Origin: Nitrospirota bacterium
GTDB lineage: Bacteria; Nitrospirota; Thermodesulfovibrionia; Thermodesulfovibrionales; Dissulfurispiraceae
Direction: 5' to 3'
DNA length: 64,000 nucleotides
Assembly (NCBI GenBank): GCA_040754455.1
Contig: JBFMCP010000007.1
Span: 27,379 to 91,378, forward strand
How positions within the stretch are numbered: the stretch's first letter is position 1; the number at the start of each line of letters is the position of its first letter. Below, one piece after another: positions 21,518 through 31,700 of this stretch. Below the pieces are notes generated by a model, which was not told the origin of the DNA, searched no databases, and saw only the letters and a program-made list of their open reading frames with translations. A program made the translations under genes and the position numbers.

Positions 21518-21834
21518 GTAGATTCCATAAATACAATTAACATGTTGTTTTTAATTATCAGATTGTTAAATATTTAAGTATTTGTTTTAGAAAGCAATCA
21601 TGTTGTTGCCAAATTTAGAATAATCGAAATAATAAAAATTAAAAACAATCGGTTTCGGTGAAATTCCGACCGCGTTTCATGATATCTGGTGATATGCCCC
21701 CAAAATTGGGGCCTTTGAGTGCCTTTGTTCAGGTCGGTAAAATTGACGGGACTGACGGCCTCTTTGACGATAGTATACTTCTTGGTGCAGTGGCCTGTTT
21801 GCCGAATTCGGCTACAGCGTTCTAAAATGAGAAA

Positions 21835-22713
21835 ATGGAGAATGTATGGGTACTTTTCGCGCTCGTTGCCGCTTTCTCGCTTGCTACGAGTGATGCCTTT
21901 ACGAAAAAGGCGCTGGCCGCGTATAACGAATACCTCATCGCGTGGCTCAGGCTTCTCATGACACTGCCGGGGCTCTGCATCGCCCTGCTGCTTGTTCCAC
22001 TACCGGCACTCGATAAGGAGTTCTTCGTCGCCTCGCTTGTTGCATTGCCCTTCGAGATAACGGCAATGATCCTTTACATCAAGGCGCTGAAGCTGTCGCC
22101 GCTCAGCCTCACGCTGCCGTTCCTTTCGCTGACACCGATCTTTTTGATCATCGTCCCGCATGTCCTTTTGGGAGAGACGGTGTCAATGCAAGGGACGATG
22201 GGGGTACTGCTGATCGCAGCGGGCGGATATATGCTCAACCTCAAGGAATTCAAAAGGGGGATCTTCGAACCATTCCTGGCGATAAGGAGAGAGAAAGGCT
22301 CTGTTTACATGATCGTGGTAGCGCTTATTTTCAGTATCACTTCTACCCTGGGCAAGAAGGCCATTATCCATTCGTCGCCGCTTTTTTTTGCGGCATCCTA
22401 TTATGTTGCGCTTGCCGTTTTTTTTGCTCCTGTCGCCCTCTATAAGGGCAGGGGCGATCTGAAAGAACTATGGAAGAATGGCACGGTCAAGGCCGCGCTT
22501 CTGCCAGGATTCTTCCACCTCCTGATGATTATTTCACATATGATCGCGATCAGTCTCACCACGGTCGCGTATATGATCTCGGTAAAACGGCTGAGCCTGC
22601 TCATCGGCGTCCTCTACGGGCATCTGTTCTTCAAAGAACAGGGTATAAGGGACCGCTTCGCCGGTTCTGCGCTGATGCTGGCGGGGTTTGCTCTGATCGT
22701 GCTGTCACGATGA
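21835..22713 (+). CDS. EamA/DMT family transporter
   Basis: About 10 hydrophobic segments in two repeats; YIKALKLSPLSL and YMISVKR motifs. Confidence 0.9.
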   Translation: MENVWVLFALVAAFSLATSDAFTKKALAAYNEYLIAWLRLLMTLPGLCIALLLVPLPALDKEFFVASLVALPFEITAMILYIKALKLSPLSLTLPFLSLTPIFLIIVPHVLLGETVSMQGTMGVLLIAAGGYMLNLKEFKRGIFEPFLAIRREKGSVYMIVVALIFSITSTLGKKAIIHSSPLFFAASYYVALAVFFAPVALYKGRGDLKELWKNGTVKAALLPGFFHLLMIISHMIAISLTTVAYMISVKRLSLLIGVLYGHLFFKEQGIRDRFAGSALMLAGFALIVLSR

Positions 22714-22723
22714 AAAGCGGCTT

Positions 22724-23650
22724 TTACTTCAGTAATTCCTCAATAGTGATGCTGACTCCTTCGGAAAGTGCAGACAAATTGTAGCCTCCCTCGAGGGTGA
22801 AGACGAACGGCACGGGGCCTGATTCCAGAGGGCAGCAGACGATATTGTGGACGATATTGCGTAATCCCTCTCCGGTCACCTGCAGACTCGCGAGGGGATC
22901 GTTCACATGGATATCATAGCCGGCTGATACGAGTACTATATCAGGTCTGAAGGGCTCCATCAGCGGCGGGAGTATCTCGCTGTAGACGGCATAGAATTCC
23001 TTGTCACCCGACCCCGGCGGCATAGGGACATTGTAGGTGTACCCCTCACCTTTGCCCCTTCCCCGTTCCTCGGGATATCCGGTGCCCGGATAGAGGGGGA
23101 TCTGGTGCGTGCTGAAGTAGAAGACGGTGTCATCCTCTTCGAATATGTGCTGGGTGCCGTTGCCATGGTGGACATCGAAGTCGATGATAAAAATTTTTTT
23201 ATAGCCGATCTTCTGTGCATAACGGGCGCCAACGGCAACATTGTTGAAAATGCAGAAGCCCATTGCCCTGCCCGCTTCAGCATGATGCCCCGGCGGCCTG
23301 ACTGCACAGAAGGCCCGCTCTATTTCGCCGCTTTTGCATCGGTCGACTGCCTCCATTACCGCCCCGGCAGCATGAAGTGCCGCTTCGAGGCTGTTTTCGG
23401 ACATAAAGGTATCACCGTCCAGGTAGCCGCTTCCGAATCTTTTTATCTTTTCGATATAGGGCGCGGTATGGACCCGGGAGATATCCTCAAAGGAGGCCTT
23501 GCGCGGCGGTATATGGAGAAGATCATTTCTGAACGGGGCATGCTCAAGGCCCGCAAGAATAGCGGTGAGCCGTTCCTTTCGTTCGGGGTGGCCCGGCGGC
23601 ATCTCATGTTTTAAAAAAATATCGTCATAAAGAAAGCCGGTTTTATGCAT
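22724..23650 (-). CDS. Histone deacetylase family (Zn-dependent amidohydrolase) protein
   Basis: HPE, RPPGHHA, GFCIFNNVA, DFDVHHGNGT, SAGYD and LEGGY motifs; start trimmed to MHKTGF. Confidence 0.95.
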   Translation of the reverse strand: MHKTGFLYDDIFLKHEMPPGHPERKERLTAILAGLEHAPFRNDLLHIPPRKASFEDISRVHTAPYIEKIKRFGSGYLDGDTFMSENSLEAALHAAGAVMEAVDRCKSGEIERAFCAVRPPGHHAEAGRAMGFCIFNNVAVGARYAQKIGYKKIFIIDFDVHHGNGTQHIFEEDDTVFYFSTHQIPLYPGTGYPEERGRGKGEGYTYNVPMPPGSGDKEFYAVYSEILPPLMEPFRPDIVLVSAGYDIHVNDPLASLQVTGEGLRNIVHNIVCCPLESGPVPFVFTLEGGYNLSALSEGVSITIEELLK

Positions 23651-23762
23651 AGGGTAATTATACTTGATAACGCATCTGCTGAAAAGAGATGGATGATGTT
23701 GATATAATTTGAATAACGAGTAAGCATTTGCATGTGCAATGCTCATGGCAAAGGAGACCGGC

Positions 23763-25403
23763 ATGGAAAAGCAGCCCCACACGCACACACTGCTGCCTGA
23801 GGAGACCAAGAAAGTCCTCCGCGAGACCTTTAAACAATTGCGCGATAAGGTACTCGTCGAGGTCTTCATGAATGAAGAGAGTACGCCGTTTAACGAGGCT
23901 ACCGCGGAACTCGTCAAGGGCATTGCCGAGCTTGCCGGGAAGATCGAGGTGAAAAGGTATCCATTGAGCAGTGATGCAGCAACGCAGAAAGGGATCACAC
24001 GCTCTCCGACCATTCTTATCGCCCCCGACAAATATAAAATAAGATATATCGGCGCTCCTCTTGGCGAGGAGGGACGTACTTTGATCATGGCGCTGCTGCT
24101 CGCATCGAACAACGGGACGATCCTCTCCGAGGGAGCGCTGAAGCGGCTCTTTGAGCTGAAGGAGCAGCGTACGGTCCAGGTTTTTGTCTCTCCTACCTGC
24201 CCCTATTGCCCTCAGCAGGCGCTCAACGCCATTTCCGCAGCAATCGCCCGTCCTGATCTCATCACTGCCGAAGTGATTGAGATGTACGAGAACAGGGACT
24301 ATATCGAGAAATACCATATCATTACCGTACCTTTCACGGTCATCAATGAAGTTGCCATCGGCACGGGCGTCAGACCTCCGGAGCTGTTCGTCGAGGAACT
24401 CATCAGCCTCGCTTCTGCCGAGATCATGTCTGCAGCGATTTCCGGCGAGGTGGTCGATATGGATGTCGTGATTGTCGGCGGAGGTCCCGGCGGACTGACC
24501 GCCGGAATCTATACAGGGAGGAGCGGGCTCAAGACCGCGGTGCTGGAAAAGGCGACCGTGGGGGGGCAGGTGCTTATTACTCCCATCGTCGAAAACTATC
24601 CCGGCTATACCCAGATCGCAGGCAAGGCGCTGGTGGACATCATGTACCAGCAGGCATTGCTGTATACCTATATCTTCGAGGGAGAGAGTGTGCTTGCCGC
24701 AAAAAAAGTCGATGGTATCTTCGAGGTCAGAACGAACAGAAGGATCTACCGGACCAGGGCGATCATCATTGTCACCGGAGCAGAGCATAAGAAGCTGGAG
24801 GTACCCGGCGAAGATACTCTCTACGGAAGAGGGGTGAGCTACTGTGCTACCTGTGACGGCTATTTCTTCAAGGACGGCAAAAAGGTCATTGTTGTCGGCG
24901 GCGGCAATACCGCCGTGACAGACGCCCTCTATTTGCACAGCATCGGAGCCGACGTCACTCTGGTGCACCGGCGCGACAAGCTGAGGGCCGAGGCCTTTCT
25001 CCAGAAGAGTATTGCTGATAGAGCTATCACTGTGCTGTGGAATACGTTGGTAACGGAAATCATGGGCACGGGGGGGGTCGAGCGCGTAAAGCTCAAGAAC
25101 GTAAAGGACGGCAGCGTAACGGAGATGCCTGTTGATGGTGTTTTCATCGCGATCGGCTATGCGCCGAACAATGAGATCGCCAAAATGCTCGGACTCGCTC
25201 TCGATGAAGAGGGATATATAAAGGTCGACGGCAAACAGCGGACCTCGGAAAGAATGGTCTACGCTGCCGGCGACGTGACCGGCGGCGTCAAGCAGATTGC
25301 CACTGCCGTAGGGCAGGCGACGGTTGCCGCGATGACGGCTTTTGAGGAGCTGTCGAGCTCTCCTGAAAAGGAGAAAAAGGATGCATGGTGGGCGGGTCCT
25401 TAA
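23763..25403 (+). CDS. Thioredoxin-fold (PDO-like) and thioredoxin reductase fusion (AhpF-like architecture)
   Basis: CPYC in the N-terminal Trx-like region; GGGPGG, GVSYCATCDG, GGGNTA and AAGD motifs; AAGGAG RBS. Confidence 0.92.
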   Translation: MEKQPHTHTLLPEETKKVLRETFKQLRDKVLVEVFMNEESTPFNEATAELVKGIAELAGKIEVKRYPLSSDAATQKGITRSPTILIAPDKYKIRYIGAPLGEEGRTLIMALLLASNNGTILSEGALKRLFELKEQRTVQVFVSPTCPYCPQQALNAISAAIARPDLITAEVIEMYENRDYIEKYHIITVPFTVINEVAIGTGVRPPELFVEELISLASAEIMSAAISGEVVDMDVVIVGGGPGGLTAGIYTGRSGLKTAVLEKATVGGQVLITPIVENYPGYTQIAGKALVDIMYQQALLYTYIFEGESVLAAKKVDGIFEVRTNRRIYRTRAIIIVTGAEHKKLEVPGEDTLYGRGVSYCATCDGYFFKDGKKVIVVGGGNTAVTDALYLHSIGADVTLVHRRDKLRAEAFLQKSIADRAITVLWNTLVTEIMGTGGVERVKLKNVKDGSVTEMPVDGVFIAIGYAPNNEIAKMLGLALDEEGYIKVDGKQRTSERMVYAAGDVTGGVKQIATAVGQATVAAMTAFEELSSSPEKEKKDAWWAGP

Positions 25404-25550
25404 TTGAGGAACGTCTTTCACCTCCATTAAAAGCACCTGATATCAGAATGCGCTTTTCTTTTCCCGCTCATTCCTGCTCATCCTGCTCCCAGCATAAATT
25501 TCAAAATAATGTCTAAATTTATAAATCCCGAAATAATTTTTGCGAATCCC

Positions 25551-25596
25551 TTGACAAAGGTTTTTTTATCCGATATCATGTAAGTGAATATTCACT
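25551..25596 (+). promoter_or_regulatory. sigma70 promoter with overlapping TetR-type operator
   Basis: TTGACA-17nt-TATCAT followed by the perfect palindrome AGTGAATATTCACT. Confidence 0.75.
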
Positions 25597-25610
25597 ATCA
25601 AGGGGTTTTA

Positions 25611-26225
25611 TTGAAAAAGGTATCAAAACCAATAGGCAAAATGCCAAGAGAGGTAAGGCGTACACAGATCGCCGAGGCTGCGCTCAGGATCATCGCCCGC
25701 CAGGGAGTAAGGGCCCTCACTACTTCAGCGATAGCGCAGGAAGTCGGCATATCCGAGGCAAACCTCTATCGTCACTTCAGGAATAAAGATGAGATCCTCT
25801 CCGAGATGGTGGACATGATCGGTGAGGGGCTCAGAAAGAATTTTGAGAGTGTGTTTAAAACTGATGCTACCCCGATTTCGAAGCTCAAAAAAGTCTTCAG
25901 GCTTCACTTGGACTATATAGAGAAAAACGAAGGAATTCCGCGGCTCGGCTTTTCAGAGGATATGCATTGGGGGAACAGGGAATTGGGAGAGCGGCTCCTC
26001 ACGAATATCGAAAGGTACGCCGACGAGCTCGAAAAGCTTATACAGGAGGGCCAGAAAACAGGTGCACTGAAAAGAGAGCTGGAGCCGCGTACCGCAGCCT
26101 TGATGCTTATTGGAATGGTACAGGTCGTGACCTTTCGATGGTCGTTGAGCGGCTTCTCCTTTCCACTGGTTGCCGAGGGAATGAAAATGTGGGAGAATTT
26201 TGAGAGCTGCGTGCGGTTTAAATAA
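25611..26225 (+). CDS. TetR/AcrR family transcriptional regulator (start uncertain)
   Basis: HTH: IAQEVGISEANLYRHFRNKDEI. Confidence 0.93.
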   Translation: MKKVSKPIGKMPREVRRTQIAEAALRIIARQGVRALTTSAIAQEVGISEANLYRHFRNKDEILSEMVDMIGEGLRKNFESVFKTDATPISKLKKVFRLHLDYIEKNEGIPRLGFSEDMHWGNRELGERLLTNIERYADELEKLIQEGQKTGALKRELEPRTAALMLIGMVQVVTFRWSLSGFSFPLVAEGMKMWENFESCVRFK

Positions 26226-26243
26226 TTTTTTGCCGAAGATGTA

Positions 26244-26257
26244 AGTAAGCGTTCACT
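26244..26257. promoter_or_regulatory. Second, degenerate TetR operator
   Basis: ATGTAAGTAAGCGTTCACT resembles ATGTAAGTGAATATTCACT upstream of tetR. Confidence 0.6.
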
Positions 26258-26270
26258 TTTGGAGGTATAT

Positions 26271-27596
26271 ATGAAAAGAGCTGTACTGATCATCGGGATT
26301 ATTCTGATTGCACGAGGCGCTTTTGCAGAAAGTGACAAGATGGACTTTACCCTTTCCGAGGTGATTGATTTCGCCCTCAAGAATAATCCCGGCATCAGGT
26401 CATCGCGCAGCGACATCGAGATCGAGAACTACGGCATCAAGGCCGCGAAAGCGGCCAAATGGCCGAAAGTCGACCTGAGCAGCGGTGTGACACGCTACCG
26501 CTATCCGTCACCGATAACACCGATTGCCGGTTCCCCGCTCGCTGGCGCGGCATTCCCCGAGTTCGACAAAACTATCTACGATGCGAGCGTGGTCTTTTCG
26601 TTGCCCTTCTACCGGGGCGGAAGGCTCGACCGGGAGGTGCAGATAGCGGAGTTGCGTCGTGCCATAGCAGAAGACACCTTTCATATGAACCGGCAGGAGC
26701 TTATTTATAACCTTACGAGCGTGTACTACAAAATTTATGAGCTCGAAAAACTCCTTGCGGCGAATGAATCGTCGGTACAGCAGCTGGTAACCCATAAGAA
26801 AAATATAGAGCTCTTTCTCGAAGCTGGCACGGTACCGAGAGTCGATCTCCTGAAGACCGAGGCCGCGCTTGCCCATGCGCAGCAGACAGCCCTTCTTACC
26901 AGGAACAGCCTCGCAAGCACGTATGAGCTGCTTAAAGCATTGATGGGCATCGAGGATGCGACGAAGAGAATTACTCTTGTCTACGAGCAGCTGGAGTGCG
27001 ACCGGTATCAGCTACTCGAGGATTCCATTGCACAGGCTTTTTTGCAGCGGCCCGACTATAAGGCGGCGCTGAAGCAGCAAAGGATAGCCGAGGAACGGAT
27101 CAAGCTCGCCCGGGGGAAGAGGATCCCTGCAGTGTCACTGAACGGCGAATATAACGAGCGGTCAGGCGAAGACCTCAGCTTCAACGAAAACTGGAATCTC
27201 AGCGTGAGAATCACAATGCCGCTCTTCGACGGCGGCGCGATTACCGCGGAGGTGCACCGGCAGGAAAAAGAACTGGCAAAGAGTGAGGAGGAGATGCGCT
27301 TTCTGCGTTTGGCGATCATCCGCGAGGTCAAGGATGCCTATTTAAACATACAGAGTGCGCAGGAGCGGATCGAGGCGACCCGGAAGGCAATCGATTCGGC
27401 ACAGGAGACCCTCCGCATCGAGCGTCTGAAATACGATTCAGGCAAAGGTACGAGCACGGACGTCATCGACGCACAGACCGCTCTGCTCCGGGCGGAAACG
27501 GATTACTACCAGGCGCTCTATGATAAAGATATTGCTGTGGCCGCATTGCAAAAGGCGATGGGAGAGGAGAGGTACGGAAAGGAGGAAGTACGATGA
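26271..27596 (+). CDS. TolC family outer membrane efflux protein
   Basis: Signal peptide; ALKNNP, RPD, PLFDGG and YDSGKGTSTDVIDAQ motifs. Confidence 0.93.
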   Translation: MKRAVLIIGIILIARGAFAESDKMDFTLSEVIDFALKNNPGIRSSRSDIEIENYGIKAAKAAKWPKVDLSSGVTRYRYPSPITPIAGSPLAGAAFPEFDKTIYDASVVFSLPFYRGGRLDREVQIAELRRAIAEDTFHMNRQELIYNLTSVYYKIYELEKLLAANESSVQQLVTHKKNIELFLEAGTVPRVDLLKTEAALAHAQQTALLTRNSLASTYELLKALMGIEDATKRITLVYEQLECDRYQLLEDSIAQAFLQRPDYKAALKQQRIAEERIKLARGKRIPAVSLNGEYNERSGEDLSFNENWNLSVRITMPLFDGGAITAEVHRQEKELAKSEEEMRFLRLAIIREVKDAYLNIQSAQERIEATRKAIDSAQETLRIERLKYDSGKGTSTDVIDAQTALLRAETDYYQALYDKDIAVAALQKAMGEERYGKEEVR

Positions 27597-28576
27597 AGAA
27601 ACGGGTGCTTTTCGCAGGCGTTCTTATCATCATAGGCATTGCCGCCTTCCTGATATATCGCTTTGTCAACAAACCCGAAGAGGGAGTTATTGCCGTTTCC
27701 GGGAATGTGGAGGTTACCGAGGTGAATATGGGCTTCAAGTCATCGGGAAGGGTTGTAGAGCTCCTGGCGGAAGAGGGGGAGAAAGTGAAAAGAGGGGACA
27801 GGCTTGCCGTCCTCGACAGTGCTGAACTCGAAAGCCAGGTGGCGCAGAGCAGGGCCGCACTGAATGAAGCTGCAACAAAGCTGCAGGAACTTAGGGCAGG
27901 CTCGCGCCCCCAGGAAATTGCCCAGGCCCAGGCATCGGTCGCTTCTGCGGAGGCTGAACTGATCAAGGCGAAGAAGGACTACGAACGGGATGAGTTCCTT
28001 TACAAGAACGGAGCTGTTTCCGCGCAGCAGTGGGACGCATCGAAAAAAGTATATGAGACGGCAGTCTCGCAGCACCGGAAGTCGCTCGAATCGCTCAGCC
28101 TCGTAAAAGAGGGGCCACGCAGGGAAGAGATAAGGGCAGCAGAGGACAGGATGCGCCAGGCAGAGGCAGCACTGAGAGCATCTGAAGAAAGATTAAAAGA
28201 TACCATCATCTCTGCGCCGGTGTCAGGGGTGGTGTTAAGAAAGAATATCGAACTTGGCGAGACCGTTGCACCCGGGACGCCTGTCTATACCATAGGCGAC
28301 CTTGAGAATCCATGGATAAAAGTATATGTGAAAGAGCCCGACCTGGGGCGCGTAAAGCTCGGGCAAAAGGCAGAGATTACGACCGACTCATATCCTGGGA
28401 AAATCTATGAGGGCGTCATCTCCTTCATATCTTCAGAAGCGGAATTCACCCCGAAAAATGTCCAGACGCCGGAGGAGCGGGTGAAGCTCGTTTTTGGCGT
28501 GAAGGCGAGCGTGAAGAACGTTAATAATGAACTGAAACCGGGCATGCCTGCTGATGTGAGGATATTGTTGAGATAG
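27593..28576 (+). CDS. HlyD/YbhG-like membrane fusion protein
   Basis: SGNVE, coiled coil, AEFTPKNVQT and LKPGMPAD motifs. Confidence 0.93.
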   Translation: MKKRVLFAGVLIIIGIAAFLIYRFVNKPEEGVIAVSGNVEVTEVNMGFKSSGRVVELLAEEGEKVKRGDRLAVLDSAELESQVAQSRAALNEAATKLQELRAGSRPQEIAQAQASVASAEAELIKAKKDYERDEFLYKNGAVSAQQWDASKKVYETAVSQHRKSLESLSLVKEGPRREEIRAAEDRMRQAEAALRASEERLKDTIISAPVSGVVLRKNIELGETVAPGTPVYTIGDLENPWIKVYVKEPDLGRVKLGQKAEITTDSYPGKIYEGVISFISSEAEFTPKNVQTPEERVKLVFGVKASVKNVNNELKPGMPADVRILLR

Positions 28577-28606
28577 ATGGGTGCGCCGTAGCAAAGGAGT
28601 TTTTGA

Positions 28607-29530
28607 ATGGATTGGTCCATAGCGATAAAGACGTCAGATCTCACCAGAACCTTTGGTGATATCCTTGCGGTTGATAAGCTCAGTCTCGAAATAAAGAAGG
28701 GAGAGCTGTTCGGGCTGGTAGGACCTGATGGCGCAGGAAAAACGACGGCAATGAGACTGCTTACTGCAATAATGGAGCCGACATCGGGTGAAGCGTGGGT
28801 TGCCGGGCACTCTGTCCTCACGGAAGGAGAAAGGATCAAGGAAAAGATCGGCTACATGTCGCAGCGGTTCGGGCTCTACGAGGACCTTACCGTCTTCGAA
28901 AATATCATCTTCTATGCAGATCTCTACGAGGTCCCAGAAAAAGAGCGCCCTGCGCGAATTGAGCGGCTCCTCGGCTTCAGCAACCTGACGCCGTTTAAGG
29001 GAAGGCTCGCAGGAAAGCTTTCTGGTGGCATGAAGCAGAAGCTCGGTCTTGCTTGTGCGCTTATCCATACGCCGGAAGTGCTGTTTCTCGACGAGCCGAC
29101 TAATGGCGTCGACCCGGTATCGCGAAGGGATTTCTGGAGAATACTCTACGACCTCCTGAAAGAAGGAGTGACGATTCTGGTTTCCACTGCATACCTGGAC
29201 GAGGCTGAGCGATGCACAAGGATTGCTCTTATGCACAAGGGAAAGGTGTTGATTGAAAATACGCCGACAGAGGTGAAAAAATCACTCGGGTTGCCCATGA
29301 TCGAAGTATGGTCTGATGATGCCCGTTCGGCGCAGGCGATCGTCAAGGAGATGCGCGGGGTCAAGGGCGTCAGTATGTATGGTGACCGGCTTCATATAAC
29401 TATCGAGCGAAGAGAAATGGTCGATGATATCATCGGGAAATTAGCTGATGAGCGAATAGGAGTAAAGGATCACCGAGAAATAGTACCATCCCTTGAGGAC
29501 GTATTTATTTCGATGGTAGACAGAGTGTAG
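28607..29530 (+). CDS. ABC transporter ATP-binding protein (like the YbhF N-terminal half)
   Basis: GPDGAGKTT, LSGGMKQKL and LDEPT motifs. Confidence 0.95.
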   Translation: MDWSIAIKTSDLTRTFGDILAVDKLSLEIKKGELFGLVGPDGAGKTTAMRLLTAIMEPTSGEAWVAGHSVLTEGERIKEKIGYMSQRFGLYEDLTVFENIIFYADLYEVPEKERPARIERLLGFSNLTPFKGRLAGKLSGGMKQKLGLACALIHTPEVLFLDEPTNGVDPVSRRDFWRILYDLLKEGVTILVSTAYLDEAERCTRIALMHKGKVLIENTPTEVKKSLGLPMIEVWSDDARSAQAIVKEMRGVKGVSMYGDRLHITIERREMVDDIIGKLADERIGVKDHREIVPSLEDVFISMVDRV

Positions 29531-29557
29531 GAAACAGGAAATGAAAGGGTTGCAGCA

Positions 29558-30484
29558 ATGAGAGAGCGCGGTATGGCGGTGGAGATCGCGAACCTGCGTC
29601 GCACCTTCGGCGACTTTGTCGCAGTGGATAACATCAGTCTCAGCGTAAATAAAGGCGAAATTTTCGGGTTTCTCGGTCCCAATGGCGCAGGCAAGTCAAC
29701 GACGATAAAGATGCTCTGCGGGCTTTTGGCGCCAACCGGCGGAAGCGGTTTTGTGGGCGGGTACGACATCATGACAGAATCAGAAGAAATAAAGAAGAAC
29801 ATCGGGTATATGTCTCAGAAGTTCTCTCTTTACGATGATCTTACCGTTGAGGAGAATATAGCTTTTTTCAGCGGAATTTATGGTGTTTCACAGGAGAACA
29901 AGAAGGGGCGTACGGCATGGGTGCTGGAGATGGCAGGGCTTCAGGATAAGAAGAATGCCCTCACCAGGACTCTCCCCGGCGGATTCAAGCAGCGACTTGC
30001 CCTCGGCTGCGCTATTCTGCACGAGCCGCTCATACTATTCCTCGACGAACCGACATCAGGAGTCGACCCGGTTTCAAGACGGAATTTCTGGAACCTCATC
30101 TATGAAATGGCAAAGGCGGGAACTACTGTTTTTGTTACCACGCATTATATGGATGAGGCCGACTACTGCGACCGGCTTGCGCTCATCTACAGGGGCAGGA
30201 TTATCGCAGAAGGCACACCGGAGGAACTGAGAGAGAACTATATGACACGGGATGTCCTGGAAATAGAGGTCGACAGGCTTGTTGAAGCGATGGATGTGCT
30301 TGATGGGCATAAGATTGAGGCGGCAATCTTTGGAAGCCTGCTCCATGCCACGGTCGAGAATGCCGACTCGACTGAGCAGCGAATACAAACAGTGCTGGAA
30401 GAGAAAGGGATAAAGGTCAAGAGGATCGAAAAGATCGTGCCGTCGCTGGAGGATGTGTTTGTGACGTTGATAGAAACAGCGTGA
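29558..30484 (+). CDS. ABC transporter ATP-binding protein (like the YbhF C-terminal half)
   Basis: GPNGAGKST, LPGGFKQRL, LDEPTSGVDP and TTHYMDEA motifs. Confidence 0.95.
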   Translation: MRERGMAVEIANLRRTFGDFVAVDNISLSVNKGEIFGFLGPNGAGKSTTIKMLCGLLAPTGGSGFVGGYDIMTESEEIKKNIGYMSQKFSLYDDLTVEENIAFFSGIYGVSQENKKGRTAWVLEMAGLQDKKNALTRTLPGGFKQRLALGCAILHEPLILFLDEPTSGVDPVSRRNFWNLIYEMAKAGTTVFVTTHYMDEADYCDRLALIYRGRIIAEGTPEELRENYMTRDVLEIEVDRLVEAMDVLDGHKIEAAIFGSLLHATVENADSTEQRIQTVLEEKGIKVKRIEKIVPSLEDVFVTLIETA

Positions 30485-30490
30485 AAGACC

Positions 30491-30579
30491 GTCATGAGTG
30501 AAGAGTGATAGGTACTGAGTAAAAGGTCAAAGACCTTATTTTGTCCTTTACTGATCACTCATTACTCGTCACTGATTAC
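30491..30579. repeat. Intergenic heptamer-repeat imperfect inverted repeat
   Basis: gtcatga-gtgaaga-gtgatag-gtactga-gtaaaagg ... cctttactgatcactcattactcgtcactgattac. Confidence 0.7.
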
Positions 30580-30588
30580 GAGAAAGAT

Positions 30589-31698
30589 ATGAAATTGCTC
30601 AGAGTTAAAGCAGTCGTTAAGAAGGAGTTCATACAGATAGGGCGGGACCCGCTGAGCCTTGCCATGGCGTTTCTGATGCCCGCGCTCCTTCTCTTCCTCT
30701 TCGGGTATGCGATAACCCTTGATGTGAATAACCTTGCTACGGTTGTTTATGACATGGATAAGAGCAGCGCGAGCCGGGAGCTTGTGGCAGAGTTCGTGGA
30801 GTCGGGCTATTTTACTGTTGTCGGCAGTGTTGCGGGGTATAGGGATATCGACGACTATCTCGATTCAGGCAGTGCCCAGGTGGGGATAGTATTGTTCGGC
30901 GATTTTTCCGAGGATCTCCATACCGGCAGAGATGCTCACGTGCAGGTAGTGGTTGATGGAAGCGATTCGAATACCGCAACGATTGCACTGGGCTATATAG
31001 CGGCGATAACGGAGCGTTATTCCCAAAGAATAAAAGGTATAAGTATAACGCCGCTCATCGACTCCCGCGCGCGGGTCTGGTACAATGCCGAGCTTGCATC
31101 GAAGAATTACATTATCCCCGGTCTTATTGCCGTCATTATGGCGGTAATTGCAGCGCTCCTTACTTCTCTGACCATTGCCCGTGAGTGGGAACGGGGCACT
31201 ATGGAGCAACTGATCTCCACGCCGGTAAAAACACCGGAGCTTATAACAGGGAAGCTCATCCCCTACTTTTTCATCGGCTTTATCGATGTCGTACTGTCGG
31301 TTCTGATGGCTGTTTTCATATTCGATGTCCCTCTGCGGGGTAACCTTTTTTTGCTTGCGGTATTTTCTTCCCTGTTCCTGTTCGGAGGGCTCAGCCTCGG
31401 CATACTCATTTCTATTGCCGCAAAGTCCCAGTTGGTGGCGAGTCAGATTGCCATGGTGGCGACCTTTTTGCCCGCATTTCTGCTTTCTGGATTCATGTAT
31501 ACCATTTCCAACATGCCGAAACCCATACAGGTAGTGACACATATAATCCCTGCCCGGTATTTTGTAACCGTGCTGAAGGGACTCTTTTTGAAGGGGGTCA
31601 CGCTTAGATTCCTGACTGTCGAAGCGCTGCTGTTGGCGGTATTCGGTGTAGCGGTTTTTGCACTGGCAAATAAAAAGTTCAAAAAAAGAGTTGTGTAG
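30589..31698 (+). CDS. ABC-2 permease (YbhS-like)
   Basis: KEFIQIGRD, DGSDSNTA, WYN and AREWERGTMEQL motifs. Confidence 0.93.
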   Translation: MKLLRVKAVVKKEFIQIGRDPLSLAMAFLMPALLLFLFGYAITLDVNNLATVVYDMDKSSASRELVAEFVESGYFTVVGSVAGYRDIDDYLDSGSAQVGIVLFGDFSEDLHTGRDAHVQVVVDGSDSNTATIALGYIAAITERYSQRIKGISITPLIDSRARVWYNAELASKNYIIPGLIAVIMAVIAALLTSLTIAREWERGTMEQLISTPVKTPELITGKLIPYFFIGFIDVVLSVLMAVFIFDVPLRGNLFLLAVFSSLFLFGGLSLGILISIAAKSQLVASQIAMVATFLPAFLLSGFMYTISNMPKPIQVVTHIIPARYFVTVLKGLFLKGVTLRFLTVEALLLAVFGVAVFALANKKFKKRVV

Positions 31699-31700
31699 CC

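Noticed and set aside
25461..25490. Short tandem TCC(C/T)GCTCA repeats
   Set aside because: Only three degenerate units with no complementary arm, too weak to call.
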